Source: Diadema antillarum (taxonomy: Eukaryota). From it: 64,000 nucleotides of DNA. The first letter of the stretch is position 1. Every line of letters begins with the position of its first letter. Below the pieces are notes generated by a model, which was not told where the DNA came from, did no database searches, and saw only the letters and a list, made by a program, of their open reading frames with translations. The stretch covers positions 248,001 to 312,000 of the forward strand of contig NW_027271873.1 in NCBI RefSeq assembly GCF_040938485.1, given 5' to 3'. This document shows positions 1 to 22,630 of the stretch, piece after piece. The translations under genes were made by a program, and so were the position numbers.

Positions 1-237
1 GGTGCTGAACCTGAGACTGACAATGTGCTACCACTAACTGATAGTCAGTTGGAGCGGGTTTTTGATCAAGTACCCAATAATAGTTCATTTCCATGTGTTC
101 CACAAGAGCAGACCACGGACACCACCACGGTCACTACTGGAAGCACCACCAGAGCCTCCTACACGATGAACATTACGAAAAACCAACGCCCAGAATACCA
201 CTTCCACGGATGTACCGTCAATATTTTCAACAAATAG
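1..237 (+). CDS. 3' end of an ORF entering from outside the window; C-terminus resembles Crypton/DUF3504-type tyrosine-recombinase proteins
   Basis: Frame 1 is open from base 1 (GAEPETDNVLPLT...) to TAG at 235-237. It has a low-complexity S/T linker and ends YHFHGCTVNIFNK, similar to the F-x-x-C-x-x-N-I tails recalled for animal Crypton/ZMYM/KCTD1-like proteins. The catalytic part is not visible. Confidence 0.4.
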   Translation, partial: GAEPETDNVLPLTDSQLERVFDQVPNNSSFPCVPQEQTTDTTTVTTGSTTRASYTMNITKNQRPEYHFHGCTVNIFNK

Positions 238-309
238 GCCTTGCCTACAAGACCTAGTAATGCCACCTGTGATGCTTTAGTCACTGTAAATGTGTTCATG
301 TTTCTGCAT

Positions 310-420
310 TTGGAGACAAACTGCATCTGCGTTAACTTTGTTTGGGAATTGGAGACAAACTGTTTCTGCGTTAACTTTGTTTGGAGACAAACTGTTTCTA
401 CGTTAACTTTGTTTGGAGAT
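310..420. repeat. 32-bp tandem repeat x3
   Basis: TTGGAGACAAACTGTTTCTGCGTTAACTTTGT repeated, with a 7-bp insert after unit 1. Confidence 0.9.
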
Positions 421-909
421 TTCATAGTTCGACGCTGTTAAAAGTGTTAATTTGACATGGAAAACGTTTCTGTGGAATCTACAAGACTGTGATGAATCGT
501 CCTTTTCTGGACACCAAGAAGGGATCTATTCTTAATCCGGATCTACTGATTACTGGTAAGTCAATCACCCGGTTTTTCTACTAGACCTAGACTAGCGTTA
601 GATCTCTAATGTTTAAATAGGGCCTGTTAAATTTCGTAGGTGCGGTGCATGCACTGCGATCATCATGCGATGATCTACGGTACTCAGCAGCAGCGCGAGC
701 GTGAGCGTACCGCGTGATCTAGCACTTGGGAATCCACGATCTGCACGCAATCGCCGATTCTGCGATCGATATCTAAATTTCTCACATCGCACACTTTGCA
801 GCGCTGCATGCATGCAATGTACGTGAAACGCGTGTAAGGTAGGCTCACTGTCATCACTTCTCTTTCTCATGTTTCTTTGAAAGCATAAATCCCTCGTGAG
901 GGATATAAA

Positions 910-1074
910 ACAAATATCGACTGCTTTTTTTCGGGAGATGGTAAAACTATTTGCACCTCGGTGATTTCTCAACAGTGCTATGCCCCTCGACTTCGTCTCG
1001 GGGCATAGCACTGTTGAGAAATCACCTCGGTGCAAATAGTTTTACCATCTCCCTCAGTCGCAGTCGATATTTGT
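910..1074. repeat. Long palindrome with core CCCTCGACTTCGTCTCGGG (Crypton-like element end, inferred)
   Basis: Arms 933-986 and 1000-1053 are nearly perfect; outer arms ACAAATATCGACTGC at 910-924 and 1060-1074. Confidence 0.8.
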
Positions 1075-1082
1075 ATAGTAGT

Positions 1083-1655
1083 CTTCTGATCCAACAGTCT
1101 CGTCACCAAAATGTCAAAAAATTCATAACTTTTGAATGGATTGTCCGATTTCTTCAACCTTGTCCTGATGTATTCTAATAAATACAATAATATTTGATGA
1201 ATTCTAATAATATTTGGGTTAAAGGGGAAATCCAGTCCAAATATAAGTTAGTCTGATAAGAAAGAATAAAATATTACGAGTTTAACCGTATAATTTTGAT
1301 TGAAATCGGATGAAAAATAAGCAAGTTATGACATTTTGAAGTTTCGCTAGTTTTTCAGGAAACAGTTCTTGAACGGCCATTATGAATATAGGCAAATGAC
1401 AAAGAGAGCATGTCATTCTCTGACAACTTGCCACATAGTTTGTACATAAAATTTTTAAATTTCCAGTTTTTCACTCAAACGCAATTATGCCCAAGGCTCA
1501 AATCCTGGTATACTATTCTGAAGTTATTCAACCAGGAATAGCATCATGTTACAGACTGAAGTGACAGAAACACTGAATTTTCATCATTATTTTTTGGACA
1601 CGATCAAAGGAAAAGTGTGTAAGGTCATGACATGATAAAGCTCACTCATTTGCAT
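1083..1655. mobile_element. Two truncated Kolobok-type non-autonomous fragments
   Basis: 1083-1180 matches the end region of the 11439-12006 family. TTAA-AGGGGAAATCC terminus at about 1220; the other end is missing. Confidence 0.65.
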
Positions 1656-2293
1656 AGTCATTATCCACTGTGCAAGAATTGTTTTGCAGGAACTTGAAAA
1701 CTACAGTAATAAGACTCAGCCCTAGCCCTGACCCTCTGACTCTGTATGCTGATGAAATCATGCAATTCATTCAAGCTTACAAGTTTGTGTATGGCACAAT
1801 GCGATGCACATGCCTGATCCATTTGCAATTGCAGACTATTGCTATTCATGTTATGGGTACAATGCTAGTCACCTGGGGAGAAAACAAGGCAAAACTACAC
1901 TGTAAGACGCCAACCCCTCAGCCCTTGGTTCGCCCCATGGAGCGAACCAAAAGGGGTGGGCAGTGGCATCTTTCGCCCGTTTTCTTGTGTGAGGGGTGAA
2001 TGTGTCGATGATACTGCGTAAATTTACTGGTACGCAGGTCATCAACAGAACTGGGATATGGGTGATTGGGAGAATTGAGAAGTATTCTTGAATATCGGTT
2101 CTAGCAGTTAGCAGATAGCCAGTCACAGTCCATAGCGCATTACCATCTGACTGAGGAGTGAAGGTGAAGACGTTCTGGAACTCCTGAAACTCCGCTGATC
2201 CCGAGTCCTGTATAACCTGGATGTGTACGGCGGACCCCTATGGTCCCTGCTTTTTCCATCCCATCATATGATAAATTACGATCATTACTAACT

Positions 2294-2940
2294 CAGTTCG
2301 GGAAACCCACTCACAAGGGGGGCCCCTCCTTATAAGTAACCCGTCCCCCTTATAAGTAACCCCGTCCCCCTTATAAGTAACCCCCGGGGCACCCCTTATA
2401 AGGAGTCTCCACGCTTTTTTGCAATGCAACGCGAAAATGAAAGGACTGCGGCAATTCGCTTGATTATGTCCATAAAGCTTCACAAGTTTCCTAGTTACTC
2501 ACGAAATTTGAGCAAAATCGGTTTGAGGCATCATATCTAAAATCATGGATTTAAATGCGATGTCAAACGACCCATGCGCCACGTCTGCACTCAAGCATTG
2601 CCGCGCCGCCGCGCCTGGCGACACTCACGCCAGTAATCGCTCGCATGTCAGCATTCGCATGGGTCGTTTGACATCGCATTTAAATCCATGATTTTAGATA
2701 TGATGCCTCAAACCGATTTTGCTCAAATTTCGTGAGTAACTAGGAAACTTGTGAAGCTTTATGGACATAATCAAGCGAATTGCCGCAGTCCTTTCATTTT
2801 CGCGTTGCATTGCAAAAAAGCGTGGAGACTCCTTATAAGGGGTGCCCCGGGGGTTACTTCTAAGGGGGACGGGGTTACTTATAAGGGGGACGGGTTACTT
2901 ATAAGGAGGGGCCCCCCTTGTGAGTGGGTTTCCCGAACTG
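2294..2940. mobile_element. Foldback (palindromic) DNA transposon copy 1, 647 bp, 4-bp TSD AACT
   Basis: Termini CAGTTCGGGAAACCC...GGGTTTCCCGAACTG; AACT at 2290-2293 and 2941-2944; subterminal CTTATAAG repeats. Confidence 0.92.
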
Positions 2941-4427
2941 AACTAGACTCTCGAAGTAGCTAGTACTAGTACCGTTACTACTGCTTAAATAATCATGATA
3001 ATAGACATGGTAATGGAAGGGTAGTCCCCCTAGTTTCCCATAGTAGCTATTCGTAGCACGAATTATGCAGGAGCCTAGTTAGTTGGGAGGATCAAGGAAT
3101 AGGACTGCGAGTGTACGTCCTCTCGTGCCGGTGCATGCTGTGTGTGTTGCATGTTGTGCGTTGTGTTGATATGAATGATAAACCGGCGATTTGCGGGAAA
3201 ACAATAATAACAAATGCCCTTGCTTTCCCGCACTAGATACAAATGAAGGGAGAACCATCATCGCTATTCCAGAGAAATAAAGAAGGATATGCTTACCCCA
3301 TCAACCAATCCATGATGAATAAGTGAGAATGTTGCTAGTAACTTTCGATTTATATCTGTTCCTTACGGATGGATCATCATCTCATAGCCACAACACATTC
3401 GCGATTGCCTGATCATCAACGTACTGTACTCACTACACACAGTATTCATTCACTACATAAAGTCCATACAGTCCTCACGCAAATCCAACAAGCATCGGCA
3501 AAACGCACTTGATTTCAAAATTGGCAATGATTGGTAGCGATTTCATACAATATTTTTTTTATTGAATCATTAAAATTCTTTTGAATCCAAAATTAAACAA
3601 TCATATTATTAATATAGTTTCAAGGGTCGATTAAAGTAAAATAATTAATATCATATATTCTTATGATAATATACATGCATTATCTAAACTCTAATCTGTA
3701 GGACTATAATTGCCAATTTCTTATGCTCATGTGTTTTATATTGCAGACACCGAAAGAAGATAGACCATGTAACACTAATAGAAAACTGACCACGGGCAAG
3801 CACAAGCTCGGACTTCATTTGTCACATCGGCGGTCAATCGTCGTTTAAATTGTAAGACTTAGTACATATGTAATAGACAGTATAAATGTAGTTCATCAGT
3901 GTATGTGCTCTGTGTATGTTACTCTCAGAATGTTAGTGGTAGTCACGAAGATGTCGTGCTTGTGTGTGGAGTTATCCGACACGAATACTGATAGTCCCAG
4001 ATGTATTATTCTGTGTGTGTAATGTACGCTCATAGCTCTTCGGCCTTTTTAACATGTATCATCACACGCGCTGCGCTGCTAGCTGCTGCGGCCTGCCTTT
4101 ACCGCGATTCGGGTACTGTAGACATCTAACGTTTCATTTTCAATCTGAAAAAAGATGTCTGGATAACCCATATTTAGCTGTACTAGCACGTCGTCCATGG
4201 GGTCCAGTGCTGGGACCGGATATGAGGCATGAGCATGATTAACTACACGCAGCGCTGGCGACAGCGCTGCACCTCTATTCCTTCGCGGACGTTGTTATCG
4301 TTCACTGTTTCCTTCATGAATATCTTTATTAATCGTGGAAAACTAAAATATAAGGAATTATCGTAATCTATGACCATCATTCAATAACCGGTATGCGATT
4401 TTTTGTTTAATTACGTCTAAAACTTAC

Positions 4428-4828
4428 CGAAATCTATGGCTGAAATCAGGTCTGTAAACGTCCTTACTGCTTCACTCCTCATCTGCGTGTTATATGAATG
4501 GCATTCACTCTCGTATACTACAACGTAGGTAGTCGGGGCGGAAGTGATGAGATAGTCGGATGACCCCGACTAAAAAAGTTCAAATCATTGCCGGTGCAGC
4601 ACGCGCGGATCTACTACAAGCTTTACGTAACACATGAAACGCACGGGCGCACGGGCGTACGTAAAAAGCAACCACTTCTGAATGCGCATGCGTGGTAGTT
4701 TGTTGCTTTTGTGAAGCTCTCGAAGGAAAAGATGCCACCGCACGATCTACTCCGAAAAATTCAACAATAAGGTCTGGATACCAACAAAACGCCGAATTCA
4801 ACTCAACCATCAGGAAAATACGCTGTAG
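4428..4828. promoter_or_regulatory. Candidate bidirectional housekeeping promoter (probable KRR1 non-coding first exon)
   Basis: CpG-rich; ETS/GABP CGGAAGTG at 4539-4546; NRF1-like TGCGCATGCG at 4683-4692; + donor AG|GTAAGT at 4829; - donor G|GTAAGT at 4427. Confidence 0.45.
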
Positions 4829-6487
4829 GTAAGTGTTGCAAATTATATTACTCTTCAAATCATACAAAATAAAAGGTATTTTATGTGATTTTGCCGTCAA
4901 TAGTGACGGTCGTTTACAACGTTGAAACACTAACACATGTCAGACCCTGTGCGCAGCACAGTGTCTGGTCAGGCTAGAGCATGATTGATGACTCACGAGG
5001 GTTGGTGGTGGGTGGCAGCGCGCGCAGCAGCAGCAGAGCGCAGCGCAAATCTCGCTATGGCCAATACGCAAAAAAGTACCTGGATGTGGCTTTTTTTGGC
5101 AATTGTGCACTTTACAGCCCTATATTATCGCTGCGAGATTTTACCTTAATCGAGCAGTGCGTACGAATTGGAGTTCCTATCACTCCACAGGCACCGCGGG
5201 TCGACAGCGGGTCTTCCGGCACTGTACTGTATACATGTGTGTGAGATTTCGAGTTGGGATGCAAAGCTCTTACGGTACGCCACATGGTTGCTCTAACGCC
5301 CTTCCCTGCTGCCTCTGCGGCGCGGCATGATCGAGCGCGAGCTGTGCATTGGCACACACACAATTAGAATGCAAGGAGTGGTAAACTTCTGTGCTTCAAT
5401 CATGACTTTAAATGAATGAATTTTGCGTTATATATTAAGCAGGGTATCACTAATTAACCTATTGTGGAGGACATATGTCCGCTTTGGCGGCCTTGGCGGA
5501 ATTATTCTGTAAAATAATAACAAAAAACCCCCAAATCTTATCGTGATTCGTCAGTCTGTTAGTGTTTATTTTGTCTACACAGTTACCGTTTGACGAGCCC
5601 GACCAGATGCCATGTGAAGTGTGTATAGCTACCGATTTACGGGCAGCCACTACATGGACACACACACACACACACATAAGCCTTGCCCGCATGGTTGGTT
5701 TGCGCGATTTGTGATGGGTTGGGATCGGGATGGATAAAGAGGCATGAAAATACATGTATTCATGTAACTGTTGTGGCGAGCTAGCGGCGCAAGCTAGGAA
5801 GTTCAAAAATGGAATCTATTGTATCACAGACTACTGCAAACTTTCTTACACTTTGTGCTATGATCATGGCAATTTACTGCAATGCAACATTGTATATTTT
5901 GTAAAGCTTGATAATCCTGCAGCGGAGAGCAAAGGCACGCAAAATCGCGATCGCACATTGTTCAATGTGTCAGCTAGCTCCGCAGAAGTGCCGTGAGTGA
6001 GGCGGGCTTTTAGTGACCTTATCACTTGTCAAACGATGTTCCATACAGCATGAGAAGCTCGCCAGCTGCTCAGTGCGGGATGGTTTATGGGATATCACCT
6101 TAGCACACGGCGAATGAGGTACCGATAATATAGGGCCATAAAGTGCACAATTGCCGCTTTTTTGTCAAGATTTATTGCACTTCAGGGACTTGGGCACTTC
6201 TGGTGCGGGGCATATTTTGCACAGCGCTAGCCTGCATATAGTGTACGTGTACGCCTAGCACCGCGCCCTGCCCGCCACGGATAGGCGCCAGTACCTGAGC
6301 CAGGCCTGTGATAGGCCCCTAGCGTAGCCCCTGTATTTGCCCTAGGCCTTGCACTTACAGTTGTATGCAGACAAGCGTAGACATACTGCTCGATCATAGC
6401 GATCGACTTGCACATCAGTCATCTCTGCATACCCCACAACAACACTAAAAATAATACTTGAAAATATTCTCCCCCCTGGATATCGTC

Positions 6488-6628
6488 ATGGAAGGTCCTT
6501 CTCGAAACTTCGAGAGAATGACCGTTCCCCAGCTGAAAGCATTTTTGACATAAAGAGGCATTCCTTGTCGTGGAAAACACAAGCCTGACCTTGAATCACT
6601 GGCAGTGAAAGTGGACAGTGAAAGCTGA
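6488..6628 (+). pseudogene. Decayed SAP-domain ORF start (transposon-type, inferred)
   Basis: MEGPSRNFERMTVPQLKAFLT*RGIPCRGKHKPDLESLAVK fits the SAP helix-turn-helix pattern; internal TAA at 6551-6553. Confidence 0.5.
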
Positions 6629-7137
6629 AATGTACAGCGTTCACCCACATCACCTCTCGCATCCAGGGATATTTCTGTAGACTTCTTCGTTTATTGTAGT
6701 ACGACCAACACATGGCACTTTTATTAGCAGCTTTGCAGTAACAACCCATAGTTGTATTTACAGCAATTTCTCTAGAATGGAGAAATTTCAAAACAAACGC
6801 TAAAATTCAAGTCGAGGAAACAGTAAGTACACGCCAGAATACAGTCGGCCGGCTGTATACAGAGTAGCTGTAAGCTGTATGCAAGGAGCATTCGTGTATC
6901 ACACATACGAACGGAAGTGACTTGGCTTCCCAAACTATCCCATAATGCACCGTAAATGACGCTTAAATCAACATCCGGGTACTTTTTGCCTATTAGCGAT
7001 TGCGAGATTTACAAGCAGGCAACCAGCGCAGCCGCGACAGACCACTTCTTCATCAGCATTCTCGTCGTAAAATACCTCAATTTATCGCCTTATAGGGAAA
7101 GAGTGCCATATGTAATTTATTTACCCCCCCCCCCCCC

Positions 7138-7475
7138 CACTAACCTATTGACCGATTCGGGTTCGTTGAGGGCAGCAGACATTTTACGGCACAGGGCGCA
7201 GCCATAGTGGGTGTATCAGCGACCACCCTGCTCTCCCCCACCCCGGGGCAACATGTTTATCACGCACTTGTAACAAAGGTTCGCGCACTAAGCAAGCATT
7301 CGCGCACTCAGTACAAGACACCCATTGGCTAAAGCAGTTTTTCATTCTGCGCGCATGCTAACGTAGGGAGAGGGGTGGGGGAGTGCGGAGGGGGGGTCTG
7401 CTGATACACCCACTATGGCTGCGCCTATGCTAATAATACACATAGCGCGTCACAGAATCGGTCAATAGATTAGTG
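7138..7475. mobile_element. MITE with CACTAA termini and an inner inverted repeat
   Basis: CACTAACCTATTGACCGATTC / GAATCGGTCAATAGATTAGTG; inner GGCGCAGCCATAGTGGGTGTATCAGC inverted pair at about 7195 and 7400-7426; TSD not clear. Confidence 0.7.
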
Positions 7476-8281
7476 TTGTAGGACTCCGGGGTCCATGTGA
7501 CCCTATGACACCGAGATCAACGTTACCCTATATCCCTAACCCCAAACTGGCCCTGGGCCCTGGCCTAACCCTAACCCTATAAAGCCACCTAAATATATAT
7601 CACAAATTTAATTATATTAACGTTACTTATAAGATATCATTTTGTTTATTTTTTTCAGTTAACGGGGAGTACATATGGAGCTCTTGCCTAATATACTAGT
7701 TGCATGGGTAAAATTTACAGGTGATGGTGGGTTACATGCACCTCCAGTTTTTAACCCCTACAAGGAGTATTTTGGAGGATTATTCTACCAAGTACCAAGT
7801 TTAGCAGTAGACCTATTCATTAGTCAAGTACAAAGTACTTTATGTATGCACCCTGCTCGAATGTTCATACTCTTTGCAATGAATAAATGAAGTGAGATCT
7901 TGATAACAATATATGTGCATACCTGTGTACATGAGTTACATATTGTAAAGTTCTAAATTTATACAGTTCTAACCCTCACTGCACTCTTGCACTGATGTAC
8001 AGTGTACTTTCGTATCCATCTCAAATTCTACGCACCGAAATGGCACAAAAGTCACAGGAAATACTTACTGTTCATGGCTTATTCCCGACCACTCATATAA
8101 AGTTGAAGCAGATTGGTTATTAGGAAGTGTTGATGTTGACGTGGTAATTGATTTTCATGTCATTGCTCAAATACAAAACAACTCACTCTTAGGTTAGCGA
8201 GCAATATCGCTGCTAATGCAATCAGAAACTTAATATTAGTTGCTAATATTAGATCTATGTGCTTTTCTTTTATAGGTTTGA

Positions 8282-19975
<11,694 letters not shown>

Positions 19976-20513
19976 CAGGACAAGATCCTCCCTTATTGAA
20001 CTTTGACCTTCAGAGATTAGTATGTGATTGTTACTGACACATCATGCTGGACCATGCACACACAGAGCGTTGTCACTTGATGTCCAGTTCTGGAGATAAA
20101 GTGCTCCTTTGGCCTGGAATCAGCTGTTTATTCCAGAGACTATTTTCAGTGCAGTCGAGAGCCACATGATGAGCCATACACTGGATTTTAGTGGCACAAG
20201 GTTTACCTATAATGTATTTATTTGGTGCTCAAGAACAGCAGTATGTGTCACAGCTGTTCAGATCTAAAAGTGGAAATCAGCAATGGATGTATCACTATTT
20301 GGCATGCGCTCTACTCCCCATGACAACATGCATACCAATGGGAATTATTCTAAACATACAGCAAACAGTATAACCAGATTCTTGCGTCAGTAAAATATAA
20401 AAGCCATTGGATAGAGACATTCCATGACACAAAGGTTCTTCATTGTGAGGACGTAAAGGTTCATATCTCTCCCCTTAACTTCAGATAATCTAATATTTTT
20501 TGCCTATGATATA

Positions 20514-20722
20514 CTGTAAGAGTGGATATTTTCGCGCGACTAATTTTTCGCGCTTGGCCTGGTAAGAAGAGTTTCGTGTGTTTTTATTTCCGCGGAATCA
20601 AGACATCACGCACAGGAATGTATAGCAAGCAAAAATATTCGCATGCTTTTATTTTCGCGCTAGTTTCTGGTTGCGCGAAATGCGCGAAAATTTCAACACC
20701 GCGAAAATTTCCACTTTTACAG
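20514..20722. mobile_element. Palindromic TA-flanked MITE (CTGTAA...TTACAG family)
   Basis: TA|CTGTAAGAGTGGATATTTTCGCG ... CGCGAAAATTTCCACTTTTACAG|TA; other copies at 36691-36847 and 52013-52205, fragment at about 11093. Confidence 0.85.
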
Positions 20723-21046
20723 TAAATAGTATTCTTTCACATCACACTATAGCTCATTCATACCTTTACAATGCATTTATGAGGTTAATTTGGTGCAGAA
20801 TACAGCAGGTCTCTACAGGAGCATGCCGAGTGGGCCATCTTCCTCTTCGCGTGTGACAGGTCACCACTTGATTTAACTGTGTGACACTAATGCCAGTCTC
20901 TACAGTCGTGTTGTCGACAATGGCACAGACCGGGCTGGCCTTGCTTCCTATTCTCCCTGGAAGGCTTGTTACAGGGAGCATGCATTTCCTCAGTCAGTCC
21001 CGACAACAGCAAGATGAGGTCATCCAGTAGCTTAGGGTGCATTTAA

Positions 21047-21427
21047 AGGGACTGTACAGTACATGGTTGAGGTAGGGATTCATGTTTTGAACATTCCTAA
21101 GTGAGATAATGAAAAGCCTCTTATGAAATATGAAAGAGCATGTAATTTTAAGAAGGATTCAACGTTTATTTGATGAAAATTGGTTTTCAAATGGCTGAGA
21201 TATCCAAAAAAGTGCTAATAATAAAAGGCGACATGCCACAACTTTATTAGGATACTTGTTTCACCTTGTTTTTGGATATCTCAGCCATTTCAAAACCGAT
21301 TTTCATCGAATAAACTTTTGATACCCTTAGAACTGCATGCTCTTTGACATCTCATAGAGCGCTTTCTGAATATCTCGCAAAACGTTAAACGCTAAATCTT
21401 CACCTCGACCAGAACTGTACGCACCGT
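21047..21427. mobile_element. Kolobok-type element, second family, TTAA TSD
   Basis: TTAA|AGGGACTGTACAGTAC ... GAACTGTACGCACCGT|TTAA; relative at 29607-29990. Confidence 0.8.
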
Positions 21428-22212
21428 TTAATCTCAAAATTTTCTGAGGCAAGCTCATGATCCTATAAAACACATTTGAGATATTTATGGGCAATAGGTA
21501 AAATGCAACCGTGTTTATAAATGCGTTTAGAAATGCCATTCAAAGGATGATTCGAAACGTGTTTGAGACCATGATTGCTCTTCTGCGAGTAGATAAACGT
21601 AATGCCACTTTGAAACATGTTTTTATCTATGAGCTCCCAAGGTCAACTTCCAGTCTACACACCATCGGTTACAAAAAATGCCTGTGCCTCAGTTCACCTC
21701 TACTTCCTGGGTAGGAAATAAACTTGAATGCATATGTGGAGTATAATGTGTACTTGTGAGTCAGCAGATATTTTATTTCATGCTGTTCTGTGATTGATGT
21801 ACAATTATAAAAGTGCCATGTTAGTAGGGTTTGATCGAAATAATAGATTATTGACTTACATTGCACAAGCTTAGGATGTAACAGTTGGTTCATATAACAT
21901 TGTATGCATGTATTTCATTTCAAGCCATAGCATTACAATGGCTGGCTGCATGTGTATTCTTTTATATGAATCATGAAAAGGATGAAGTAAACAGTGACTG
22001 CTGGTGGATTATGGGTCTGTCTGGTTGTGTGTGACCAGCTGTCTGAACTACAGTTAGTGTAATCATTGGCTGGCAAAACAGCAACAGTCTGGGATTAAAG
22101 CATGGTAACACACACAAACACACACACAAATTCATGTTAGCTATTGTTTCCTTTCTTTACATTTTCATTGTCTGTCTGAGCAACATGACTCTAGGGGATA
22201 CATACACATGTA

Positions 22213-22532
22213 GGCCCGAATTCACGAAGGTGGTACAAATGAAACCATGGTTTAAACCATGGGCAAAAACCATGGAGCGCCAAACGTCACACAGAATATT
22301 TTGTTACGAAATTGGTCATTTCATCGACAAAATGACCGTTTGGTTTAAGAAATTATCATTTCGTGGACTTTTAGTTACAAAATGTTGTCATTTCATGACA
22401 AAATAATCATTTCATCGACGAAATGACTGATTTCAAAACAACAAAATATTCCATGCGACACTTGGCGCTCCATGGTTTTTGTCCATGGTTTAAACCATGG
22501 TTTCATTTGTACCACCTTCGTGAATTTGGGCC
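22213..22532. mobile_element. Palindromic MITE (Harbinger-like termini, inferred)
   Basis: GGCCCGAATTCACGAAGGTGGTACAAATGAAACCATGG arm mirrored at 22495-22532; arms longer than 100 bp. Confidence 0.85.
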
Positions 22533-22630
22533 ATTGTGCACAAAATTCATGCTTAGTAATCAGCAACATGCAAGAACACACGGAAACAAAACACACATAC
22601 ATGTTAGTATATGATCTCGAAAATGAAGAG

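Noticed and set aside
3747-3851. Plus-strand exon-like segment (TTGCAG acceptor, GTAAGA donor)
   Set aside because: No partner exons or recognisable peptide, and stops in two frames examined; cannot be supported without RNA data.
7530-7585. CCCTAA telomere-like repeats
   Set aside because: Only 2-3 imperfect units; common inside repeat fragments.
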